A stretch of DNA of 64,000 bases from Tubulanus polymorphus (taxonomy: Eukaryota; Animalia; Nemertea): the NCBI RefSeq assembly GCF_964204645.1, contig NC_134032.1, forward strand, positions 11,892,275 to 11,956,274, read 5' to 3'. The position numbers were made by a program, and so were the translations under genes. The notes beneath the pieces are model-generated. The model had not been told where the DNA came from, did not search any database, and saw only the letters and a program-made list of their open reading frames with translations. Below, piece after piece: positions 23,334 to 35,700 of this stretch (its first letter is position 1; each line of letters starts with the position of its first letter).

Positions 23334-25545
23334 CCTTAAAGGCCGACGAGCACTGTAAAAGACCAATCAATGTCAAAGATGGCAGTGACCATGAAGCCAT
23401 GGTACAGTAAAGAGCTTCAAGGCCGTCAGAAGGAGATGGGCCGTGGTGTCCAGGGCCAACCAACTTTTTGGGGTGCCAAAGTTGTTTTTCATCGAAACCA
23501 CGAAAAACCTTCCCAGAACCCCTTCATGTTTTAGATTTTGGGTCGGCCCATGACCTTTTGCTCTTCCTACGGGCCTGAGCTCCAATGGCTGGAACTGGTT
23601 GGTTTTTCCCCTATTTCCCCCAGTCGATTCGGATCCTTCTTGTTGTTAGACACATTTAGTGTTTATACGTAATACATTCATTTCTGCATTCGGAAATATG
23701 TTTAGGCTCACGCCTATGAGATTATGAGCTATTTAGTAGGTATTTTCGTCAGAAGTTTAATCTTTGAATGGCATGAAGGGAGGAATTTGAATCAGACTAG
23801 TTTAGCTTGCATAGCACAATGAACAGTTACGGTAGCGTCATGTACCATTTAGTGCGTGCTGGAGCCAGTTCCACAGTGTTGTGACTAGATTAACTGTGGG
23901 TTAGAATTAGTTCATTTTCAATGTTTTAACTCTGAGTCAAATCTTAACTCAGAACTGTGGAACCGGGCCCTGATGACTAAATCATTATTCATTATTCTCT
24001 CTAAATCAGATTTGGCAAACAATGGACTTAAATCATTATGAAAAAAACACTGTGGTGATGATGGCTAAACAATCATCCTTTACATTCTCTAAATAGAAAT
24101 ATCTATATGGAAATAGAATAGTGATAAAATGATGGTGGTGGAGCGACGATCAATCCTTCATAGGCTGAAACAAGGAAATACAATTATCATACAAAAACCA
24201 ATGCAATTTTCGAATTCATAAAATTGACGATTTCGGTGTGTGCGAATATGACGTTGTTGATCAAGAATGTCTTTATGTCTCAACAAAACCTTATGTTAAT
24301 TATTCTTAGCCGCCTGGATGCTGCACTGGGGTATCCCAGGTTCGAACCCAGTATAGTGTTCCCGATTCAGAGCGGTCTGTACTATGCTGTACAAGGGAGT
24401 CACAGGTTCGAACCTGACTTTTTTTAGTGATTCTGAATGGTTAGGATGATGCAAAAGAGATGTCCTGAAGTTTAGATTCATTTCCACTCCGTTCCTGAGG
24501 GTTAAGTTCCCAGTTTAGATTCCCACCGGAGGGGCCCGATGTATTAGAATTGCTATCGAGATCAACATAAAAGGTCTATTGTGATTTTAGTTCACTAAAA
24601 ATCCGATAGATGGCGACTATCAATTGAAAACCCCTTTAGACACCAGTCAGAATCTTCAAAACCCCCGAAATTAAAATAAACATTGTCTAACATATTTTTA
24701 TGAATTCAAAAACATTTCAAATTACTTGTAATTTAGTTAATTAAGCAACGTAATTATTTGTCTAACGTTATTGACCTTATCTAGAAACGACTGTATACTT
24801 TGAATTAAGAATTCAGCCAGAGACTCGTTTACTTGTATCAGGGAAAACAGTCGTTTCTTTATAAGTTCAATAACTTTAGACAAATAATTACGTTGTCAAA
24901 TTAATTGTTTTACGAGTAATTTGAATATGTTTTGAATTCATAAACATATCTAAAACACTGCATATTGTCATTTCGGGAGGTTTTTGTAATTTTCTCTGGG
25001 GTCTAAAGGGCGTTTCGATGCTTTACCCCCTCTGTTGGATTTTCACTGAACTAAAATCACAATAGATCTTTTGTAAAGAATTCATATAGATATCCATAGA
25101 GTCATATTATACTACTGTGGCAGTCGAAGGATTACTTCTCTAGCAGCTGAGTGTTTGATAAGAGTTCACGGAGATAAAATTAGTTCTCGAAATTAAATGC
25201 TGTTTTAGATGCTTTTTTTCTATCTGTCTATCGCCTTATGATAAAGTAATAAACCTTTCAGTGGTTTTTGAAAAAAATATGTCTTTCTTAAATCTGCTTT
25301 TGAGTAAAATGTATGATAGTGAGCCAAGTCGTCTTGTTATTTGGTTTTCAAAGCATTCAAAACCCTATTGTCATTTTAACATGTGCTGCATAGAGCGTCT
25401 GGTTGCAGAAAAAAGATTAAATTGAAATTCCAAAGCTCTATATTCCACATACATAGATAAAGCTTTTAGCAATGGAAGAAATAGATACAGCCGCTGCTAA
25501 GTTAAGAATTACGGATTAAAGTAACGATAGCTATCAGCAGACTTA

Positions 25546-26478
25546 ATGGCGATCAATCAGTCGATTGCGTTAAGACTATACAGTCTGGTAATTGCGGACG
25601 TGAAGTTTATTCATAGGAAGCGATACCCGACGGCATTCATAGCGGGTACAGGCGCCAATATGGTTCTGGTCGCTCTGTTCGGTTTGGTCGGCAATACGTT
25701 GATCATGATGCTGATGTTGACGCCTAAATTCCGTAAACGATACTACGGTAATTTGTTTCTGATTCTCGCCGCATCCGACAGTAGTTTGATATGTATCTAT
25801 TTATTAATCCATCTCAATGCAGTTTATCACCACGTGAACGGAACTATTTTGATTGACATACACCGCAGCGATTCCGTTTGTAAATTAGTATCACTGATCT
25901 ATGCAGTTCTGACGTCATCGGGACCGAACTTTCTTAGTCTTTTGTCTCTGGAACGAGCCTGCATCGTACGGTTCCCGTTCCAAGGACCTCGATTCTGGAA
26001 TTCGAACACGGCCAAATTTATTTCTGCGGTATACGTTTTCGCAATGGTCAGCATTCCTTCATCTGACGCGAGCGATGTGCTGTACATAAACGGAACCGGA
26101 TGCGTCCACACAACCGACCAAACCGTAAATAAAGCACTTCAAATTGTATGTATTTTATTCATACCGTGTTCGGCGATTATAATCTCCACGACGTTGATAG
26201 TTGTAACTTTAATGTTCAATCGTTTGAAGAAAATCCATTCGTCCGCATCAGTATCTCTAATGGTGGCCACTACGTGCGTACTGTACCTACTGTTAAGTCT
26301 GCCGGCCAATATCATTTGGATGAGGTCTTGGATCGATCCGAACGTCTCACAATCGCAGATCGCATTCAAAATAGCCGACACGATTTATGTTTGGAATTGG
26401 GCGGTGAATTTCTACATCTATGTACTGACGGGTAGAGAAATACGCGAGACGTTACGGCGTTATTTACAAAAACCTTAA
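25546..26478 (+). CDS. Intronless class A orphan GPCR, copy 3
   Basis: Near-identical paralog; in-frame 21-nt deletion in the C-tail (RYLQKP vs RYLPRFRKKLQKP) between ttac microhomologies. Confidence 0.92.
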   Translation: MAINQSIALRLYSLVIADVKFIHRKRYPTAFIAGTGANMVLVALFGLVGNTLIMMLMLTPKFRKRYYGNLFLILAASDSSLICIYLLIHLNAVYHHVNGTILIDIHRSDSVCKLVSLIYAVLTSSGPNFLSLLSLERACIVRFPFQGPRFWNSNTAKFISAVYVFAMVSIPSSDASDVLYINGTGCVHTTDQTVNKALQIVCILFIPCSAIIISTTLIVVTLMFNRLKKIHSSASVSLMVATTCVLYLLLSLPANIIWMRSWIDPNVSQSQIAFKIADTIYVWNWAVNFYIYVLTGREIRETLRRYLQKP

Positions 26479-28028
26479 AGGCCGACGAGCACTGATGTAG
26501 AAAGCCCAATCAATGTCAAAGATGGCAGTGTCCATGAAGCCACGGTACAGTAAAGAGCTTCAAGGCCGTCGGAAGGAGATGGGCCGTGGTGTCCAGGGCC
26601 AACCAACTTTTTGGGGTGCCAAAGTTGTTTTTCATCGAAACCACGAAAAACCTTCCCAGAACCCCTTCATGTTTTAGATTTTGGGTCGGCCCATGACCTT
26701 TTGCTCTTCCGACGGGCCTGAGCTCCAATGGCTGGAACTGGTTGGTTTTTCCCCTATTTTCCCCCAGTCGATTCGGATCCTGCTTTTTCTCAGACACATA
26801 TAGTGTTTATACGTAATACATTCATTTCTACAATCGGAAATATGTTTAGGCTCACACCTCTGAGATTATGAGCTATTTAGTAGATATTTTCGTCAGAAGT
26901 TGAATCTTTGAATGGCATGAGGGAGGAGTTTGAATCAGACTAGTTTTGCTTGCATAGCACAATGAACAGTTACCGGTAGTGTCATGTACCATTTGGTGAG
27001 TGCTGGATCCAGTTCCACAGTTGTGACTAGAGTTAACTATGAGTTAGAATTAGTTCATTTTCAATGTTTTAACTCTGAGTCAAATCTTAACTCAGAACTG
27101 TGGAACCGGGCCCTGATGACTAAATCATTATTCATTATTCTCTCTAAATCAGATCTGGCAAACAATGAGCTTAAATTATTATGAAAAACACGATGTGATG
27201 ATAGCGAAACAATCATCCTTTACATTCTCTAAATAGAAATATCTATATGGAAATAGAATAGTGATAAAATGATGGTGGCGGAGCGACAATCGATCCTTTA
27301 TAGGCTGAAACGAGGAAATAAAATTGTCATACAAAAACCAATGAAATTTTCGAATTCATAAAATTGACGATATCGGTCTGTGTGAATATGGCGTTGTTGA
27401 TCAATAAAAACAAAAAATAAAAAGACAAAACAAAACAACAGCAAAACAACAACAAAAACCATTTAAAACCTGATCTATACATATTTTCTATGTAATGATT
27501 TGTATAAAATCTCCACCCGATGGTGGTGCTGCTGAAGCGGCTTCAAAATTTATACTTAGGAAATAAACTACCAATTCAGCAAAATGATAAACGAAAGATA
27601 AAAAGTTTGTTTGTTTATATCAGCCCGAATGCGGGCCATTGCTCAAAACAAGGAAGACTAAAGCTGCGATATAACCAGGTATATATATATATTCAGGATA
27701 TTAACTATTGTCAGTTTGTAATTAGTTGTATCCGCCTTGATGTCGCCCATAGACTTCTGACGTGGGTAGAGAGGCAATGACGAGAGGGAAAAAAGGAAAT
27801 GAAATTACCACCAAAAACCCGGATTTCGTTATTGCATATTGTTTAGAATATTCATTTATCAGTTTTATTTATAAGTTTAGTTTGTCAGAGAGCATCCTGG
27901 TGGGGAGACAGGTGATCTCATCATGAAGCAAGTTCAGATTTAAACAAGGAAGTGAAATTATTATAAAAAAATCAAACCAACGCAGTTTACTAATATTCAT
28001 AATATTGATTCTATCGGTCTGTGTAAAT

Positions 28029-31000
28029 ATGGAGTCGTTGATGAAGAGTTTGTTTCTGGTCGCTGTATTTTCATACAATCTAGGTAAATCTCTAGGTGAG
28101 CGCGCAAAAAATATCAATATAAATGAAGAAATCCCACACTTCGAATTTAAAATTATACGATCAAATTTATCATTATGAAACTACAAAGTTTCGGCTGTTG
28201 ACTAACAGCCATCATCAGGTGGAATGATGATGGCTGTTAGTCAACAGCCGAAACGTTGTGGTTTCATAATAATAAATTTGATCGTATAATTTTAAATTCG
28301 AACGGTGGGATTTCTTCATTTATCTACAGTATACACGGATTATAGTGTTTATGCGACAACTAATATCAATATTACTTAACATTTTGTTGATTTAGATGAA
28401 TTTTAGGAAAACTTCCAAACGAAACTGTTCGATCAGTGCTGTCGCGCAGGTGCTGATCTGGGGAACTCTATATTGAAAAATTGTCTCAAACCGTGCAATT
28501 TTACCTCATTTAACAGCCAGTATGACGCGTTGTTCCGGGACCCTAGCTAGGAATTTTCAAAGACAGCTGTGTATATAAAAAAGGAATACATCTCTAAAAA
28601 GAAAATGAACTTCTTGAGCCTAACAACCAAAAACCTAGCTTCGAACCCGGGCCTTCCGGCGTATTAGTCGAGCATGCTAACCGCTAGACCGTCATGATCA
28701 TGGAATTTGTATGTGTGTCTGGTCAGTCTCGTGACTATTTAGCTGTGGTGACCAGTCAGGTGTGATGACTGGTGGCCAGTCAGGTGTGGTGACTGGTGAC
28801 CAGTCAGGTGTAGTGACTATTCACTAACAAATATCATTTCTCTGATTACAATAGTTTCTAATCAGAACCTATCATCAAGCTAATCAGACCCATTTCACAA
28901 GGCAATTATCAATTCCGTGTTAAGTAGCAGTTTTATATAAGTTCACAGATGCGGGTAAATCTTCAGTATTTACTTGTATACTACAGTATCGGGAGACGTT
29001 ATCGACTCGACCTGTAGTAGAACACCTAGAGTACAGAATGGCACATCGGGCATCATCACAAGCCCTAAACATCCGAACAACTACGATGATAACCTGGTCT
29101 GTTACTGGTTAATTCGTACGCCCGAATACACGGTAAATATACAAATATTTGTGAAATGTTGGTCTTAAAAATCATTTCGTCGGGTTTTCTTTACTAACTC
29201 GTAGGGCTAAGATAAGTTTTGATTTAAAACCAGGGGCCAGTTGCCAGTCGTGACCTAAGTCCAAAAGCGGTCTTAAATCTTAAGACTGGTCTTAAGTTGT
29301 TAGATTGGCTATAGAACTAATTTTCAACATTAAGTCTAAGCTATGACTATGCAACCGGCCCCTGGGTTTAGTTCAATTGATTATTCTGGGTTAAAGTTGA
29401 GAACGGATCTTTTCAAACGGGTCCTGAACTCTGTAACCAACACGATTTGCTCGCTTAAGAATTACAATTAGATTCTAAAAAACATACATTTTTTGCAGAT
29501 GGTTGAAATATCATTTTACTCGAATTTTCGTATAGAGTCCACGAGTAGAGGTGGTTGTTTCGACTCGATATCGATACAAACCGGAAAAGGTAAAAATCTA
29601 AACACTGTTCATCACGCGAATGATTTTATTTACGACTTTAGTCTTTTAAGATATATTTCTTCATCAGCGAGTATATCAAATATTGCGGTTTGACTGCTCC
29701 TGATGATGGATGTATTTTTACGGATCCAGCTAGAAATTCTTAATTGATTTGTGTGTTTATCTTTACAGCATTTGGTGCTGAATATTGCGGCAGTACAGCG
29801 CCTACTAAACGTTACTATTCCGGTTATTACGTGGGCATCCAGTTTGTATCAAATGGCGCTAAAAGCTATCGAGGGTTTAAACTTTATTGGCGGTTATTAA
29901 AAGGTAGCTTATATAGTGAGAAGTTGATCATAGAATTCACAGGATCATGGGATCACAGATTACATAAAAACAATTCTATATATCTATTTATAGTTGATTC
30001 ATCATGCAGTAAAACACCTATAATACAGAATGATACATCAGGCATCATCACGAGTGCAAATTATCCGGGCTACTATTTTAACAATTTGAACTGTAGCTGG
30101 TTGATTATAGCACCCGAAAATATGGTAAATGCGTGTGAGATGTTGGACTTAAAAAAAATGATGTTGTCGGTTTTCTGCACTATAGCGCAGGAGTTCATCT
30201 GACCTGTGTAAACTGATCCTGCACTCCCGTAGACAACGCGATTGTTCAGTTTTTGAATAATAATTCGATTCCTAAAATTTTTTGCAGATGGTTGAAATAT
30301 CATTTGACTCGCATTTTAGTATTGAGTCCACAGTACGCGGTAATTGCTCGGACGCGTTGACGATAAAAAGCGAAACCGGTAAAAATCGAAACTGTCTTCA
30401 CAACGATTTTCATGATTCAAATGGTTTTATCAGATTTATTCTTTTATCAGGGAGTAATCGATATTGTGGTGTGGCTGCTCCCCGCAAACGAGTCCACGCT
30501 GGAAATGTGACAATCCAGTTCACATCAGGCAAATATAGAAACAAAGCCGGGTTCAAACTGTTTTGGCAGTTTGTACAAATCAAAGGTGCTTAACAATAAA
30601 ATTTGTTGAAAATGAAATATATGAACTGAAGTCTTAAATTTGAAATTGTTGGGTATAGTTTAGTTTCATTATATACTATATTTCAGATTCATATACGAAC
30701 AGTGTTTGGCCAGCAGTTGGGATCGGTTTACTACTCGCAACAGGCGTTACCATATCTACCATCCTCGTGCTCAGACGCCGCAGGAACCTGAGAAACAGAA
30801 AATCTGGTTTGTTAGCTATCATTTTACCTGAAACGGGGAAGAGTGGAAGGGGTATAGGGCCCCATAATTGTGTCGAATAAGATTTGATAACGGCGGTGTA
30901 CTGAGTCTACCAGAATATAATTTGACCGATGATTTCGGGAACAGGGAGTTCTAGTTTGAATCAGTGATATCTTATCTCACGTTTATCTAATCATTGCATA

Positions 31001-31711
31001 GGTAACAACAAGACGACCGATCCCGGGGATTTTATCTACCTCCAGGTTTGTAAATATAAATACATTTCCATTGTTTTCAATTTTTGATTTGTGAATATTT
31101 TTGTACATTGTTTACCGAATTATTTTTAGCCTACACCCGTTGGTGGTGATGACAGAATTTACACTACTCAGGGTACTGTCTACGAAGACATAGAAGACGG
31201 AGAGGTCTACGATAATGTAAATATCGTAGATGTTGTTAATGTCGCTGATATCAGGAACGTTACAGAAGATGACTACATTGTCGCAGATGTCAGAAAACCT
31301 CCAGAAGATGAATACGTTTTCGCAGATGCCAAGAACCCTCCAGAAGATACCTACATCATCTCAAACCCTCCAGAAGTTACCTACGCTGTCGCAGATGCCA
31401 GGAACCCTCCAGAGGATGAGTATGTTTTCGCAGATGCCAGGAACCCTCCAGAAGATGAATACGTTTTTGCAGGTGTCAAGAACCCTCCAGAAGATGAGTA
31501 CGTTTTCGCAGATGCCAGGAACCCTCCAGAAGATGAGTACGTTTTCGCAGATGCCAGGAACGCTCCCGAAGATGAGTACGTTTTTGCAGGTGTCAAGAAC
31601 CCTTCAGAAGATGAGTACATTTTCGCAGATGTCAGGAACCTACCAGAAGATGATTACATTGTCGCAGGCTCTGATGTCCTCGCCCACCAGATCACTATGT
31701 CCCGTATATAG
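28029..31711 (+). CDS. Type I membrane protein: signal peptide, 2 CUB domains, TM, cytoplasmic tyrosine-repeat tail (509 aa model)
   Basis: Ten phase-consistent GT-AG exons: 28029-28083 (MESLMKSLFLVAVFSYNL), 28987-29132, 29499-29589, 29769-29903, 29994-30124, 30288-30378, 30451-30585, 30687-30806 (WPAVGIGLLLATGVTISTILVL-RRRR), 31002-31045 and 31130-31711. CUB motifs include SGIITSPKHPNNYDDNLVCYWLI, YCG, IQFVS..GFKLYW. Confidence 0.88.
28121..28361. mobile_element. Penelope-like retroelement remnant: inverted pseudo-LTR pair with hammerhead-like cores and 11-bp TSD
   Basis: About 100-bp near-perfect inverted arms at 28119-28323. CTGATGA-T-GGCTGTT-AGTC-AACAGCC-GAAAC is followed by aataaa in the plus arm. 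AATATCAATAT is directly repeated at 28110-28120 and 28362-28372. Confidence 0.75.
28633..28698 (-). pseudogene. tRNA-derived sequence (SINE head or tRNA pseudogene)
   Basis: Reverse strand reads gacggtctagcggttagcatgctcgactaatacgccggaaggcccgggttcgaagctagg: A-box-like and B-box-like motifs and an anticodon-loop-like CT-AAT-AC. The stems are broken. Confidence 0.6.
28730..28818 (+). repeat. About 24-bp tandem repeat (tggtgaccagtcaggtgtgRtgac), about 3 copies
   Basis: Read directly. Confidence 0.8.
31250..31670 (+). repeat. Coding 39-bp tandem repeat, 11 units, encoding (NPPEDEYVFADAR)-like peptides
   Basis: The GAAGAT-type unit start recurs at 31265, 31304, 31343, 31373 (one 30-bp unit), 31412, 31451, 31490, 31529, 31568, 31607 and 31646. 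Confidence 0.95.
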
Positions 31712-32756
31712 ATCTATTTTCATCGTGTAAATTATAAAGCATTTCTATATTGTATAAACTAACAATAACAAATAAAAGAGAAATATACTAACTTAAATAC
31801 CGAATTTGAATATAACAATTACAGTTGTTTTGTTCTATCTACTTTTTGTCGTTTTGGGGCCAATTGTCACTATATCAACTGTCCACCGGTTTACTTTAAC
31901 CATCAACTCCAGAGTCCGTGGTCTGACCAATGTTTGAGCACCTGGGCTATGGTTTTTGATGCACTGGGCACTGGCCAAGTCCATATTTGCCGCAATCGTG
32001 GGCGGTGCGTTTATTCATCTCTTATTCATGCGCTAAACACGTACATACTTACATTATAGTTCACTGAAAATCCGATAGATGGCGACAATCAATCTAAACC
32101 TTTTTAGACCATTAAGAGAATGTTTAAAATCTCCCGAAATCAAGATGAATATATCAACGAATTGAAAATATGTTACTCGTAAATTAGTTAATGAGTCAAC
32201 GTAATTATTCATCTAACGTGATTGAAATTATTCATGACTGTATACTTTAGTCATGGATCCCAAAATTACCCGATTGAGCTGGTATCAGCGAAATAACAGT
32301 CGTTTCCTAATAAGTGCAATAACGTTAGACAAATAATAACGTCGCCTAATTAATGAATTTACGAGTAATTTGAATATGTTTTGAATGGATAAAGGTATCT
32401 GAAACACTAGATACTTTCATTTCGGGAGGTTTTCCTCATTTACTTTTGTATTTAAAGGGTATCATTTCGATGTCTTATCCCCTCTGTTGGATTTCCAGTG
32501 ATGGAATTCATATAGATTTTTCGTATGAACTGCGACTCCTATTGATTAGGGTGCGAAACGGTTAGCCTAGTATTAGGTTCGGAAACGGCCTGTAAGCACT
32601 GATTTGGAGTGATATGGATAATGGACGGGTGTGCAAGGTTCGAATACGTTCTATGATAATGAAAATCGAGCATGACAATTCAATGGTGTACCCGTGATAG
32701 AAATAAAATCAAAGCAAAATTTATTTGATCCGTTTGATCGAATTACGAACAGTTGG

Positions 32757-35700
32757 TCATTCTGAGTCTAATTCCTTCAAAGTGCTGTCCATTAATTGCA
32801 GCTCGGTCTCCTGGTCATACTTATCCCTAACCGACAACCGATTCCGGTCTAGGGGGCGCTGCAGTGTAGTACTTGTTGATTGCGGGTGAATGATTGGACT
32901 TCCGCTCGATGGTGGCGTCGCTGGCGGCTCACGTTCAAACTTAAGCCGGCGTCGAGGAGTTTGTGGAGTAGAATCACGTGACTCCGCGCTATAATGTTTG
33001 CGATGGTTTTCCACAGACGCTTCCAGGGTGGGGAATGCCCCAGACGAGTGAGCTGCCGGTGCGCGACCCAATTTGCGCATTACCACGATGTAAAACTTCG
33101 GACAGAACTTGATCCCGGTTAACGTTAGTTGCGTTATGGCTAACGTAAGCGTTAGTATAACTATTCGCGTGTTGACCGTTTCAACAATGAAGTAAATAGG
33201 CGTTACCGTCGCCGTAATTAACAGATATATATAACACGAAGCGTTGACGTACGGTAACTGAGAGGAAGTGACGTCACCGATCGTCTGCGTCGATTTTTCT
33301 GTGAAATAAGAGGCCAACATGACGACACTCATCGAATAGGAAAACGCTATCAGTTCGAAAAGGTGAAACGGGTCGTCGCAAAATCGCAAGGTCAAGGTCG
33401 TTTTCGGAATGTCGTAGAGCTTGATGCCCGATTTGTCGACGTAAGTGCTCGCTAGGTGGAGCGCTGCGCCGACGGCTGAGAGCGCATGTGTGAATAAAAT
33501 CGGCGCGAAAAACTCGGCGCCACGTGCGTTGCAAAAATGGCGTAGCAGTCGCCTAGCAACGAACCGTTTAACTTGAAACGTCTGCGCGAGGAGCATGACG
33601 GGATGGACGGTGAACGTGAATTGAAATAGGAACGGTATCACCCGGCAGATGGGGCCGTCTGGTGGTAGTAGATACAACAACGGATAACAATAACCGAAAG
33701 CAGTCAAATAGACGAACGTGAATTTCAACTGTATCGATTTGATAGTCGGTAAATTCCGGAAAATTCCGATCGTCACGAGTATGATGAGCAAACTCAGATA
33801 ACCGATGATGACGATGATAAGAATGACGATGTTTAGAGGACAGAGTTTACCGATTGTGATATCAGTGTTTGGTCTACACCAGGTCTGGTTATCACTGGGG
33901 TAGGTGTGCTCCGGGCAATACGTGCATTCGACGGACATTGACATATTGGACACGTGACCCTCGGCACATGGGCGACACCCCCAGCAGCATTCAGACGGAC
34001 TGGGCAGCACTTCCTCACCTGGCGGACAGTAATCACTACATATTGATACTGGAACTGTGTTATCTGGAAAAGATCGATCATACACATTGATTAGGCTCAT
34101 GATGAACAGTTCGTTTATTCCTGCAAACCGTCTATAGTTTTAAACCCTATTTTGAAACAATATTCCATAGCCGGTTTCATAGTCATGGCTTAGGCTTAAG
34201 ACCTGTCTAAGGCCATCTTAGTTCTATAGCCGATCTTATATTTAACTAAATACTCATCTTTAGATTTGAGACAACTTTCTACTTAAGTCCCAACTATGGA
34301 ATTGGCCTCATACCATTTAAGGCTACCGTTACGCCATCTATACATTCTTAACCCTTTGTTATATACTTTGAGACCCGATCTCTATCTCTATGACTACCCC
34401 GTCGCTTGCGCCATCTATACCTACCTACACTGTTCCACTGTATTTTACTTTCGTCGAACTTCAGCGATGATCCACCATCATCTTGCAAACTCCAATTCCC
34501 GATCATAGCGAATTCCAACAGACCCGTGACGGCATTCTTTTGCACGTTCAGTATTTCGTATTCCGCCCGCTGGAGGTCGCCGCCAGGCCGGAAATTGATT
34601 GTTATACCGCCGAATCCTGGGAAGTCGGCTTTTGCAACGAACGGTAAAATGTCTCTATGTGTCAACAAACCGAGTTCGTGTTTGTGCCAAAGTTGTCTGT
34701 CGTTCAGGGCCATTATGAGAGCGGTGAGGAGAACCATTAGCGCATTGGCTGCATTTATGGGGGCTAACAGGACTCGAGTTTTATCTACGAGGTCCTCCAG
34801 TTTCAGCTCTTCCGAACAATTAGCCACGAAACCGTGCTCGGTGAAATTACACTTCCGGTGTATACCGACCGGAAGCGATCGCTTACGCCAATGCAAACGT
34901 TCGAATACGTACTGGCGCAACCAAGGATTGCCGTTGATCGCTTGACGTATAGTGCGGTCTTGCAAGAACTGTAGAAAGTCGTTGTCCCTGTACATCGGTA
35001 GACCGACCCCGATTATGCCCTGAACAACGCTTGCTTCCATTTCTAGCACGTTGGCGTTCGAGGCCCACGACTCGCAAGCTATCCAAGTGATACCTATTGG
35101 AACGTGAGGAAAAAAATACAAATTAGACAAGTCTATCAAAGTTATTTCTTTTACAAAATTAACTTTCTATCTTCTGTCTTCTTTTTGAATATTGTAGAAA
35201 CCACTTTAAGTGCACACATCCCACCAACTAGTGTTGATGAAGAGTGAATCCGGGAACACTGACCTATCATGGAGCTTCACCGGGGTCAAATACCCATGAA
35301 ATACCATAAATACCCATCACATCAAAAAAGTTATTATTTGTACATGTATAAATCTAAAAAAGGGGCAGTAGCATTGCTTTCGGGAGTATTGTTAGAAGAT
35401 TCGACTTTCGTTGTGAGTCAGGAAAAGAGCGATGGTTAACATGATTCGAATGCGGTGTCCTTGACGAATAAAATGAATTCAACGGGACTTGAACCCACCA
35501 CCTATCGTTTATGAGTCAAACACTCTATCCCCCAGGCTACGGAGACCTGACAGGTGTAATGGTGACAGGGTTTTTGTTGATCCGTGATAAATCAACACGA
35601 TCATATAAGATTCGCAATTGTCTCTTCAAAATTGACGCCCGTATTGATCGGAATGTTCAAAATACATCATTTTACTTACGGCGAAGATTTTGTCTGGACG

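Larger units (their letters stand above)
18085..27404 (+). repeat. Tandem segmental triplication, about 3.2 kb unit, each unit carrying one GPCR gene plus the same MITEs
   Basis: ATGs at 19118, 22386 and 25546 (spacing 3268 and 3160). Spacers about 20340-21790 and about 23650-25100 are nearly identical by eye. Confidence 0.95.

Noticed and set aside
28633-28698. Functional tRNA gene (also 35478-35546)
   Set aside because: Acceptor and anticodon stems do not pair; kept only as tRNA-derived relics.
31230-31730. 166-aa ORF (TLQKMSTFSQMPG)n and antisense ORF 31381..31620
   Set aside because: They are alternative frames of the 39-bp repeat. The splice phase from exon 31002-31045 selects the EDEYVF frame.
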